In this document: piece after piece, positions 13,960 through 25,900 of the stretch
Layout: each line of letters opens with the position of its first letter
Position numbering within the stretch: the stretch's first letter is position 1
Assembly: GCA_002104945.1 (NCBI GenBank)
Contig: MCFH01000045.1
Span: 62,001 to 126,000 of the forward strand
Origin: Piromyces finnis finn
Lineage: Eukaryota > Fungi > Neocallimastigomycota
Direction: 5' to 3'
Length of the DNA: 64,000 bases
Program-made: the position numbers and the translations under genes
Notes under the pieces: generated by a model
Databases searched by the model: none
Told to the model about the DNA's origin: nothing
The model's input: only the letters and a program-made list of their open reading frames with translations

Positions 13960-15828
13960 ATTAAGTTAATTGAATAATTTTATCCCCAACCCTTTAATAT
14001 TGCAAATGGCGTTTAAAAAATTTATATTAACATACAGAAAAAAATTCTACATAATATATCAAGATATGCTAGCCAATATCTTTTACTCTATTCAATGATA
14101 AAAAGATAAAATGGTATATGTTAGTATAAATAACATTTCTTTTCATTTTTATTAATCGTGTAATATGGTATTTCGGAGTTAAACATTTTATTTTAATAGA
14201 TATAAAGAAGTAATAATGAATATTATTTTATTATTACTATTTTTTCTAAACAAGAATATATTCATATATACATTATAAAAATATCAATTTTTTTTTATTT
14301 TTAATAATTAATTAATGTATATTATTATAAGTATTCAAATTATTTTATTTATATTATCATTAATAAATTTATAAATTTTTTGGTATTAAAAAGAATATGA
14401 AAATAAAATTGAAAAATATCTTTTTTTACTCCTCTAATAAATAAATAATAAAATTTTATTAAATTTATTTATTTGTATAACTATTTAATCAACCCTTTTA
14501 ATAAATTTTATAATGTGGTTTATAAGGTAATAAAAAATAAGTCCTCCTCTTCAACAACGACCTTTCTATATAATGAAATGTTTTTTGAATTATATAAATT
14601 ATAAAAATTAATGTTATTGGAAATCGTTAAAATAAAATAAACAAATAATTTGGATTTTAATAATTTTTATATTAAAATATTAAAAAAAACTTTCTCACTT
14701 TTTTAAAAGAGACCACAAAAAAGGAAACTTGTCCTTAATTATTAAATTACTTCAATTATTAAATTTTATAGTTAGAGTTTTATATTTTCCTTTTTTTTCT
14801 TTCTTTCTTAAATTATTAAATAGCAAAAGAACTTTATTTTATATACTTAGGTTATTCTTTTATATAGGCTAAATTTTAGCCTATAAAATTAATTAATACA
14901 GAAAAAAAATGGTTAATTTAATAGTTACAGAAACAATTTTTTTTTAATTTTTTTTCTAATTAAAAATATATTAGAAACTTTTATTATTATTGTTATTTTT
15001 TAATCAATTCAAAAAAGGAAATAAAAATATTATTTTTTAACTATTAAAAACGGTAAGTAAAACATTTAAATTAAATTGTAGATGAAAAATTTATTATATA
15101 ACTTTTAATAATATTAATATATTGATTATATATAATCTAATATCAAATTTTACATTCTACAACTAAATCGGAGACAATTATATGTAATTGCCGTTTTTCT
15201 TAAATCTTTATTCTATTTTTTAATATATTGTAATAAAAAATTTATTATTTTATTTTTATGTCACCATATTTTGTACAACATAATTATAATAAAAATAAAG
15301 GTGTAGAATCATTAATAAATAGAAATCTTTAAATGTTTATATTATTAATATTATATTTAATGAAATTAGAGAATAGGGATATAATATGAATATGATAAAT
15401 ATTTCTTTTATTTTAAAGATATTTATATTTTGTACATATATTTATATTATTAATTTAGTATTTTGTGTTTTTTTTTTTTTTTAGCAATTGAATCATTTAA
15501 GAGATGTAAACTATTAATTAAAAATTTAATCTAAATTTAGAGTATTTTATTCGTTCTAATGATTAATTAAAATAGAAAATAGAATTTTAATAATAATCTC
15601 TATATAATTAATAATATAATATATTTATATTTTAATCTATTCAAATTAAATAATAAAAATCAATTTTCTATTCTATTCATAGTAATATGCACAACGGATA
15701 ATTATAATTTATATATAAATTATTTCATCAATGTAAGAAAGAAAATAGAATATTAAAGTAGAACAAAATTAAATAATAATAAAGTTTGTCATTTCTGAAT
15801 TAATTAAAATAATATAATATATTAGTAT

Positions 15829-15882
15829 ATTGTAGTACACTACAATAACATATTATAATATTACAATAACATATTATAATAT
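15829..15882. repeat. 18-bp near-palindrome overlapping a 21-bp tandem duplication
   Basis: ATTGTAGT-AC-ACTACAAT (15829-15846); TACAATAACATATTATAATAT x2 (15841-15882). Confidence 0.85.
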
Positions 15883-16573
15883 GACGGATAATAAAGAATA
15901 TAATTTATTATTTTGTTAGAATAATAAATTTTTATCATTATTTTTTTAAATGATAATAATAATAATAAAAAAAAAACGGCTCTAATAAAAAAAAATTAAT
16001 CAAATTATTGTTTATAATTATATTAATTAATAAAACTATTAATTAATATAATTAATATTTAATAAAAATATATTTATTATTATTTATATATACATATATA
16101 TTCTAAAATAAAGGTATATAAATCATAAAAATTTCTATTTTTTTTTTTTCATTATTCAACAATCAATTGTATAAAAGATTATTTAAAAAAAAATAAATTT
16201 TTAAAAGTATTTTCTTTTGTATATAAAAACTTATTTATTTTTTTTAAAAAAGAAAGTTAATTTTCTTTTAAATTTTATATAAAATTTTTCAAAAATTACA
16301 AGAAAAAAAAATTTCGCTGTATTATATATTTAAAAATATATAACTTTTTTTCTTCTTATAATTTTTGTGTACAATATATATTTTTATTTATCAATAGTTT
16401 TATAATATATTTTAATTTAATTTAATTCTCTGTAAATACTATAATACCTTACTACAAGGGTTTATAACAAAGTTACGATAAATATAGACAAAAAAATAAT
16501 TCTTTTGAAGAAAAAAAGACAATCAATAAGACTTTATCAATTATTTTAATAGACGTTAAAAAAATAAACAAAA

Positions 16574-17773
16574 ATGAAGTTCTCTACTGTTGCAGGTATT
16601 GTTTCTTTACTTATTGCTAGCACTCAAGCTATGCCAATTCCATGTTTCCCAGGTGAATTCGGTGGCGGTATGCCAGGTGGTGGTTTCGGTGGCGGTATGC
16701 CAAACTGGGGTGATATGGGTATGGGCAGTGGCGGTTGGCCAGGAGCTCCAGGTGGTGGTATGCCAAACTGGGGTGATATGGGCAGTGGCGGTTGGCCAGG
16801 AGCCCCAGGTGGTGGTATGCCAAACTGGGGTGATATGGGTAGTGGCAGCGGTGGTTTCCCAGGCGCTCCAGGAGGTGGTATGCCAAATTGGGGTGATATG
16901 GGTAGTGGCGGTTGGCCAGGAGCCCCAGGTGGTGATATTCCAGGAATTCCAGGAGGTGGTATACCAAACTGGGGTGATATGGGTAGTGGCGGTTGGCCAG
17001 GTGCTCCAGGTGGTGGTATGCCAAACTGGGGTGATATGGGTAGTGGCGGTTGGCCAGGAGCCCCAGGTGGTGATATTCCAAGCATTCCAAATATTCCAAG
17101 CATTCCAAATATTCCAAGCATTCCTAATATTCCAAGTATTCCAAACATTCCAACATCTCCACCAAGTAATGACAATGGTAATGGTAATGGTCATGATGAA
17201 GAATGTGGTCCAACTTCTCCAAATGGTCCATGTGCTCCACCAAGTAACGACAATGGAAATGGTAATGGTCATGATGAAGAATGTGGTCCAACTTCACCAA
17301 ACGGTCCATGTGAACCAGTTACTCCACCATCCCCACCAACTCCACCATCCCCACCAAGTAATGACAATGGTAATGGTAATGGTCATGATGAAGAATGTGG
17401 TCCAACTTCTCCAAATGGTCCATGTGCTCCACCAAGTAACGACAATGGTAATGGTAATGGTGGTGATGAAGAATGTGGTCCAACCTCACCAAACGGTCCA
17501 TGTGAACCAGTTACTCCACCAAGTAATGAAGATTGTGGTCCAACCTCACCAAACGGTCCATGTGAACCAACTGAAGTTGTTCCACCAACTCCAAATGATT
17601 GTGATCCATCTGATCCAGGATGCTGTGATCCATCTGATCCAAACTGTTGTGATCCATCTGACCCATCTAATCCAAATTGTGGTGACCCATCAGATGATGA
17701 AAATTCTGCTCAAGAAGTTGATGAAGATGGAAATGAAGGTGATGCCAATAACTCTTCTGATGTTGAATATTAA
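16574..17773 (+). CDS. Secreted Gly/Pro/Cys-rich modular repeat protein, 399 aa, function unknown
   Basis: Signal peptide MKFSTVAGIVSLLIASTQA; 6x PNWGDMG repeat; (IPSIPN)4; 5x CGPTSPNGPC; 3x CDPSDP; acidic tail. Codon usage is coding-like with synonymous variation between repeat units. Confidence 0.93.
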   Translation: MKFSTVAGIVSLLIASTQAMPIPCFPGEFGGGMPGGGFGGGMPNWGDMGMGSGGWPGAPGGGMPNWGDMGSGGWPGAPGGGMPNWGDMGSGSGGFPGAPGGGMPNWGDMGSGGWPGAPGGDIPGIPGGGIPNWGDMGSGGWPGAPGGGMPNWGDMGSGGWPGAPGGDIPSIPNIPSIPNIPSIPNIPSIPNIPTSPPSNDNGNGNGHDEECGPTSPNGPCAPPSNDNGNGNGHDEECGPTSPNGPCEPVTPPSPPTPPSPPSNDNGNGNGHDEECGPTSPNGPCAPPSNDNGNGNGGDEECGPTSPNGPCEPVTPPSNEDCGPTSPNGPCEPTEVVPPTPNDCDPSDPGCCDPSDPNCCDPSDPSNPNCGDPSDDENSAQEVDEDGNEGDANNSSDVEY

Positions 17774-18264
17774 GCTAAATAAATTTTGAAAAAATTAGAT
17801 TGAAAAACTGAATACTATTTTGTAATAAATGTAAAGAAAAAAATTCTTGATAAAACATTTTTTATTTTTTTAATTTATTAAATTCTTAATTTATAATAAA
17901 ATTATAATAATATATATTTAAAATCATTTTATTTTATATTATCATAAATAATTTTTGATATTAAAATTTTATAGATATTTAAAAATATTTAAATAAATTT
18001 TAATATAAAATTAAAAAATATGATAACTATATATATAAATTTTATAAATTTTATATGCATTAATATCGATTAATTTGTAAATTATAATTTTTTTTTCTTA
18101 TTTCATTCTTTGTAATATTAATAAAGATTAAATCATAAATTAATTAAAAAAAAATTAATATATTTGTGTTTACTTCTGTTTAAATCTATTTATGAAATAA
18201 AATGTCTATTTAAAAAAAGTAATGTGTTTTTATATAATTCTGTTTAATTCTATTCTATTTAGGT

Positions 18265-18489
18265 CTAAATAATGGTTAATGGATTTTCTGAATTAGGAGT
18301 AGAAATAATTTCTAATTTTCCATTTTTAATATTTTGGACAAGCCAAGCTTATCAGGAATCAAAACGGGTAACTAAAGTTATTTTATATATTTGATATTGA
18401 AGTATTTTTTATAATTAGAAACATAAATTACATTGAAAAATTATTATTTGGTAATACTGAAACTCACCCTTGGTAAATTGTTCCATTGC
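18265..18489 (-). pseudogene. Fe/Mn superoxide dismutase pseudogene fragment with a retained intron
   Basis: Reads AMEQFTK, then a GTGAGT donor at 18467, then VTRFDS**AWLVQNIKNGKLEIISTPNSENPLTII*. This matches the SOD C-domain motif FTKAA.TRFGSGWAWLV..GKLEIVSTPNQDNPL. Stops TGA/TAA (18354-18349) replace G-W. Confidence 0.75.
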
Positions 18490-18596
18490 CTAATGCATAA
18501 TATATATATATATATATTATAATTATAATAGAAATAATAACTTTAGGAATATAAAAAACTTAATATCATTTAATTTGTAAATTTATTATAATACAA

Positions 18597-18634
<38 letters not shown>

Positions 18635-19287
18635 CATTTGTGTTAATTTCTTTTTTTTAATACCTATATCAACATTATGATGCTATAGAAAAAAACTTTC
18701 AATAAGCAAAGATTATTATAAATATATATTCAGTAAAATTTATTAATTTTCTAAATAACTAATAGAGGCATAAACAAAGACTTCTTATTACTATTATATT
18801 AAAAGAGAAAAAAGAAAAATTATTCAAAGTTTTCTCTATATAATCTATATCATTCATTGATTTTGTATTTTAATTAATATATATTATTTTATTTATAGGA
18901 CAACTATTAAATTAAAAAGGAGGATATAATAATATTCAATAATTTATCAAATAAAGCCATTAATGCTAATAAAGTGTGAATATTTAATAAAAATATCTTT
19001 ATATTATTTGTTATATTACAATTTAAATTAAGAATGGATGATTCACATAAAGTTCAAGTTTATTATCCTTTTTTTTTTCCTTTTCTTTTTTATATATTAA
19101 ACTATTAATAGCACAATCTAATTATTAACAAATAAAAAATACAATGTAATAAAAATTTTAAAGGCATATTCTATTGCTCATTTTTTCTTTTTCCTTTTTT
19201 TAAATATATATAATATAAATAAAAGATTTAAATATTATTTTAATTTTATTATATGTTTATTTAAAAAAAAATGATACACCAAAGTTC

Positions 19288-19319
<32 letters not shown>

Positions 19320-20495
19320 TAATGATCTCCTTTCTATTATTTTATATTAATTCCAATTTTAGTAATAAATCATGCTATGATTGGGTAGAAATAATGTTAT
19401 TTATGTGGAATAATACCAGGAATTTAAAAAATATATAGAAATTTTAAATTATTTATTTTAAAGTTTTTTAATTATTATAATCCAATTTTTCTTTATAATA
19501 AAAATTGTTTTTGGATAAAAGAAAAACATTAAACCATTTAAAAAAAAATAAAGGATAATAAAATTAAAAACAGTCTTTTAATTTTAATATAATATAACTG
19601 TAAGTGGGTTTTTTTTGAATAGTTAATTAAATATAAATATAAAATATCAATTATTTATTATAAAAAATTAGTTTTAATTTTTGAAGGCAATTTTTATTTT
19701 TTTAAATAGTAATACTAAATTTCATTGATGAAAAAATAATTTAATTTTTATTATTATTATTTTTTTAAAGACGAAGGAATTAGGGTATTTTGCTAGTTAA
19801 TTTTTTTATTTGTATTTTGTAAAGAAAATAAAAATGAAAAGTTTTATATAAATGTAATATATTATATATCTTTTAAAGAATGTATTTGACAGAAACAAAA
19901 CAACATCATAATATATTAGAATAAGAATTACCCTATAATTTTTATTTATTTCAATCAATTTCTTTAAAAAAATGTTAAAACTTTAAAAACGCAATACCAA
20001 AAATAATAATAATGAAGGAGGGGAATAGAGGAATTGGAAAAATTTAATTTCATATATATGGAAGGAATTTCAATATAAATTTTGAATATTAGCCAAACAT
20101 TTAGTATAAAATTCCTAAATTTAAAAGTAATATAAAGCTGCATTCAATATCTCAAAGCAACAAAACATTGACAACATATATATATTTTAAATTTAAATAT
20201 ATTTTTAAATATATATAATTTTTATATTTAATTAAATTCCTATATTAATATTTTTTCTTATTATATATTTTGTATAAACCATTTTTATATTATATAATAA
20301 ACCAATTATGGATAATGATATCTTTATCAATAATATTATTTTTATTATGAAAAACAAAATAAAACAAAATAAAACTGTTCGCTATGAAAAAAAATGCTAA
20401 ATTATTTTATCGAAGTGTAATTTTTTATAGAAAACAATTATATTTTTACATTCATAGATAGATAGATATATTTTTTTCAGTAATAATTAATCAAA

Positions 20496-22304
20496 ATGAC
20501 CACACTTATGATAGATAATTATGATAGTTTTACCTATAATATTTATCAATATCTTGAACAACTTGGTGCTCATGTCGTTGTTTACAGAAATGATAAAATT
20601 ACAATTGAAGAATGTATTGCTTTAAACCCAAGAAATATTGTAATTTCCCCAGGTCCAGGTCATCCTTTAAATTCTTCTGGTATTTCAAGAAAAGTTATTG
20701 AAACTTTTGCTGGTAAAATTCCAATTTTAGGTGTATGTCTTGGTGAACAATGTATGTATTGCACTTATGGTGGTACTGTTACTTATACAGGTGAAATTGT
20801 TCATGGAAAAACTTCATCAATTACCCACGATGGTAAAGGTTTATTTAAAGGTATTCCACAAGGTGTTCAAGTTACTAGATATCACTCTTTATCTGGTGAT
20901 CCTGATACTCTTCCAGATTGTTTAGAAATTACTAGTTGGACTAATAGTAGAAAAGTTATGGGTGTACGCCATAAAGAATATGTTATGGAAGGTGTTCAAT
21001 TCCATCCAGAAAGTATTGCAAGTGAAGCTGGTTATCGTATGATTTCCAATTTCTTAAAATGGGAAGGTGGTAAATGGAGTGAACTTCGTATTCGCGAAGA
21101 TATTGTTAATCCAGTTTATGATAAATTAGGTTACGGAAGTCAAAACGGAATTGTACCAGGTCAAGAATCTTTAATTAAAACTGGTGATGTCAATGATAAT
21201 AAACAATCTAAAATAACTCCAACAGTAAACAAAAATTCAAATATTAAGACTAATCTTGCTCCATTATTACCAAGTACTGATGAAACTATTATTACTTCAC
21301 CAGTAGTTAGTCACTCAGCATTACAAGAAGGAAGTAATATTGAAGTCATATCATCATCCTTTTCTCAATTACCAAATTCAATGTCTTCTGTACAACTTAT
21401 TGTTGAACAACGTAAGATTGATATTGCTAAAGAAAAATGTAAACCAGGATTTTCACCAGCTCATTTAAAGAAAACTATTAATATGGGATTTGTTCCAGAT
21501 GTTATTGATGCTGTAGAATGTTTGAAGAACAGACCATTTAATAAGCATGCAGTTACCGTAAAGAACATGAGTAACATTAAAAACTTACCAAAATCATCAA
21601 ATACTGATTCTGATGAAAATGACTATTTAGATATTGCTGTTATTGCTGAAGTAAAACGTGCTTCTCCAAGTAAGGGTAATATTGATATTAATTTACACGC
21701 AGTAGAAAAAGCATTAGAATATGTTTCTGCAGGTATTAACTGTATTTCAGTTGTTACTGAACCAAGATGGTTTAAAGGTTCCTTAAATGATTTAAGAGAA
21801 ATTCGTAATGCTGTTGATAAGATTCCAAATCGTCCAGTTATTCTTCAAAATGATTTCATATTTGATTCCTATCAAATCCTTCAATCACGTATTTATGGTG
21901 CAGATGCTATTGTTTTATATGCTTCTTTAATTCCAAAAGATCAATTAAAGCAAATGGTAGATCTTGCTCACTCTTTAAAAATGAAGGTTTTAATGATTGT
22001 ATTAAATGAAGCAGAAATGAAACTTGCATTATCCTTAAATATTAAATTAATTGGTGTAAATAATCGTGATTTAAATACTTTTGATATTAACCCAAACAAA
22101 ACCACTAGTTTAACTAAATTAATACCAGATCATGCTATACTTGTAGCACTTAGTGGTATAAAAACTCATGAAGATATTTTAGTTTATTATAAGAATGGAG
22201 CTAAAGCTGTATTAATTGGTGAATCCTTAATTAAAGCTAATGATAAAGCTGAATTCCTTAAGAACTTATTAGCTGTCAATGCTTCAAAGAAAAGAAAGGT
22301 TTAA
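20496..22304 (+). CDS. TRP3: Anthranilate synthase component II (glutamine amidotransferase) fused to an IGPS-like TIM barrel; no PRAI domain
   Basis: GATase motifs IDNYDSFT, SPGPG, GVCLG, RYHSL and QFHPES. IGPS motifs AEVKRASPSKG, GVNNRDL, ALSGI and IGESL. A long low-complexity linker joins the domains. Confidence 0.92.
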   Translation: MTTLMIDNYDSFTYNIYQYLEQLGAHVVVYRNDKITIEECIALNPRNIVISPGPGHPLNSSGISRKVIETFAGKIPILGVCLGEQCMYCTYGGTVTYTGEIVHGKTSSITHDGKGLFKGIPQGVQVTRYHSLSGDPDTLPDCLEITSWTNSRKVMGVRHKEYVMEGVQFHPESIASEAGYRMISNFLKWEGGKWSELRIREDIVNPVYDKLGYGSQNGIVPGQESLIKTGDVNDNKQSKITPTVNKNSNIKTNLAPLLPSTDETIITSPVVSHSALQEGSNIEVISSSFSQLPNSMSSVQLIVEQRKIDIAKEKCKPGFSPAHLKKTINMGFVPDVIDAVECLKNRPFNKHAVTVKNMSNIKNLPKSSNTDSDENDYLDIAVIAEVKRASPSKGNIDINLHAVEKALEYVSAGINCISVVTEPRWFKGSLNDLREIRNAVDKIPNRPVILQNDFIFDSYQILQSRIYGADAIVLYASLIPKDQLKQMVDLAHSLKMKVLMIVLNEAEMKLALSLNIKLIGVNNRDLNTFDINPNKTTSLTKLIPDHAILVALSGIKTHEDILVYYKNGAKAVLIGESLIKANDKAEFLKNLLAVNASKKRKV

Positions 22305-22340
22305 ACTTTATTAAATCAAAAATTTTTTTGAGAAAATGAA

Positions 22341-22376
<36 letters not shown>

Positions 22377-22525
22377 TATTTTAAGTTACACTCAAAAAAT
22401 CATTGTAAAAAAAAAAAAAAGAAAATTATATAATGTATATATTTTTATAAAGGGTTCAAATAATTAATATAAAAATAATAAGAATGATATTTATTTGAAA
22501 TAAATATCATTTATAATAAATATAC

Positions 22526-22527
22526 AA

Positions 22528-22611
<84 letters not shown>

Positions 22612-22657
22612 AATAATAATACTACTACTACTAATAATAATAATAATAATAATAATA
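22526..22657. repeat. Compound microsatellite (AAAT)n-(AAT)n-(ACT)n-(AAT)n
   Basis: Read directly. Confidence 0.93.
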
Positions 22658-22917
22658 AAATTAATCAATAAATATATTTGATGAATTGTTGAATAAGAAC
22701 AACTAAAAATACATATTTTAAATTTTTATAGATTGTTTCACAATAAGTAATTTATTTAATAAATCAAATAATTTTAATTTTTTTTTTTATAAAAAAAGTG
22801 AAGTTATTCAACATTATAATATTAAATAAAATAAAATAAAATAAAAAAAAAAACAAAAAAAAACAAAAAATGAAGGGATAATATTAAACATCAATAAATA
22901 ATTAATAATTATCGAAG

Positions 22918-25900
22918 ATGGATATATTAAATCGAATAATTTCAAGTATTGAGAAAAAAGAAGTATAATTTGCCATTTTCTATTTTATTATTTTTTGAAA
23001 TTTTGTTATTATATTATACTAGTTAGTTAATTAATAATTTAACAATTTATATATCTTTCTTTTTTTTTCTTTTTTTTAACTAATACTTATACTCATATTT
23101 AAATTTAATAAAGGTTGTTGATATAATTTTAGAAGAAATTACTTCAAATGATATAAAAAGAGTTTTTGAATTACTCAATGATAAAATTGAAATAATTAGT
23201 AATGAAGAAATAGAAAATAAAATTGACATTTTAGAATCGTTTTGTTTACTTCGTAAAAATATTATTTCCGTTTTTATTGATAATAAAAATTTTTCTGGTT
23301 TAAAGATTTTAATAAAAAATGGATTACTTTCATTTGCCGAAATTTTATGTAATTTTCGTTTCCTCCCCCTTTTTTTTTTTAATGTAAAATAATATTTAAT
23401 TTTACGAGAATTTAGTAAATATGTATTATATATTAAATTATTTTATTAAACAATAATAATGGTAATAAAACTTTTTATTTTTAAATAATATAGATATTAT
23501 TATCAATTTTAAAAATGATATAAATTTATTACTTAATTCTATTCTATATGAATTCAACTTTGTCCTTTCGTCTTTTCAATATTATTTAAATAAGAAGGAA
23601 GAAGAATTAAACCTTATTGAAGAATCGTTATTATTTAAAGATTTTGTTTTTAATAAAAATCAATTTTTAAATTTCGAAATAAATCCAAATACTAAACCAG
23701 AAATTGTATTATTAAGAAATCTTCAAAGTGAAATTTTTAATCAAATTTTACAAAACCCAAAATATATTTATTTGATATTTTATAATATTGAAGGTACTTT
23801 ATATTATTATAATTACAAAATTAAATTTAATGATTAAAAAGAAAAAAGAAATATTTAAATTAATTGAAATTATTGATAATACTATTTTATTTTTAATATT
23901 TTATTATAAACTTTTTTTTTTTTAAAAAAAAATAGAAGGTAGTGAATTTTTAAAGTCATTGTCATATATTAATGTTTTAGTGCTTTATATGGCTTTTCAA
24001 AAACATTCTCTGTACATAATAAATATGTTCAAGAAAGAAAAATATATTTTAGTAAAAAATAAAGATATATTTATCAAAGAAATAGATGAAATCAATGGTG
24101 AACACAAAAAGAGAAGATTAAACCCATCATTATTTATGGAACGAATTAACCACCAACATTGTTTTAATATCAATGAAGATATTAATCTATTAGATAAAAC
24201 TCTCAATGAAAACACAGATCAAATTTTGTATAATTATTTCAATTGTTTCTTTTTTAATCATATATCAATATGGTCATTAACCGAAATATTAACTTTAAAA
24301 CAAGTTAAATTCTCAAAGGGCTCGTTTTTTTATTTGAAATATTATAATGGTATTCAAAGCAAGACTTTTCAATATGCTGTATCCTCAATAATAGAAGAAG
24401 AGCGATGGATCATAATATTTTATTATGAGTTGTATAAACATTTTATTTGTCTTTTAGATTATCATAAACGTAAGGGAACTCTTTTTATTAAAAATTTATT
24501 TAAAGGCTTTTTTTCATTTAATTATATTTTTCCTGTATCATTTCATCAAGAAAAGGATATTGAAATATTGGATATATATTTTTGTAAATTTGATACTTTC
24601 TTTCAAAATTATGATAAAAATTTATTAAATTTAACTCATATTGAAGGTAATTCTTTAGAATGTGAAAGTTATTTATTTGATCAATCATTACTAATATATC
24701 TGTTATATTCAAACAATTATATTGCGAATCATGGAATAAATTTGTTCATTCATTCATATGAGCTTTTATCGTTTATTAATTATTTGAGAAAAAATTATTT
24801 ATTTTTATACCAGGATTTTCTAAAATTATTACTAATCCATTTAACAAAAGTATTATATCACAATGATTATGATCATTTAGTCACAGAATTTCAAATGAAA
24901 AATAATAAACCAATTGTTAAGGATATTGATAATGATGATGTGATTATAATCGCGAGTTCAAAAGAAAACAACATAAATTCTGTGGAGAAAGATAGTATCA
25001 GTGACAAGGAAAATGGTTTTGATGATGATGTTGAAGATATTATTATTATTGAAGAAAATGAAAAATTTTTAAAAGATGAAAATGAAATAATAGTCATTGA
25101 AGAAGAAGAAGAAGAAGAAGAAGAAAATACTAATGGTATAAATAAATCCTATAGCGAAAATGTCCAATATAATAAAGAAGAATTAATAATAAGTGAAGAT
25201 GAAGTAATAGAAATAAAGGAAACAGATGAAGATGATTTATCCAAAATAATTAATAATATGCTTCTTTTATTAAAAGAAATAAATCAATTTTCTATGACTT
25301 TGGATAATAATAATCAATATCTATACCCTACATTTATAAAAGATTATAGATTTATAAATGTAACTAAAAGAAATGCGATATCATTATTTTTAGATATAGA
25401 TGAAAGTTTTTTTAATGGTATTAAAATTATATAAATATTTATTAATATTATAATAAGATTAATAACCTATTATTCTTGAAGTAATAAGTATAATATTTTT
25501 TTAAGTTATAGTGATATTAATTAATATATTTCTATATATAATATTGTATATATATTTAATTAATAATTTATAGTTGACTGTGAGAATGGTGAATGCCTAA
25601 TTGATTTTTTGTTACGATGGATAAAAAATTCTTTTGGTATATCATTTGAATATCATTATGAAACTTCAAAGCTGGAATATACGATTGATGATCAGTTTTT
25701 AAAAAATGAATATAAAACTATTTTACAATATTTTAAATCAAAGAACAATAATCATGAAAAAAATAATAAAAATGATCTATTTGGTATCGAATTAAAAATT
25801 GATGAAGAACAAAAGCTATTTTTAAATATACATTGTATAGCATTATTTGTTAAAGATATACTGAATGAATCCAAAGAATATCACAAAGATTCAAAAGATA

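Noticed and set aside
16590-17789. Overlapping alternative-frame and antisense ORFs across the repeat protein
   Set aside because: They are shadows of the repetitive GC-richer CDS; only the 16574 frame has a signal peptide and wobble-position variation.
22150-22160. IGPS ESG to LSG change as a further catalytic loss
   Set aside because: ALSGI is the normal state in fungal IGPS such as yeast Trp3.
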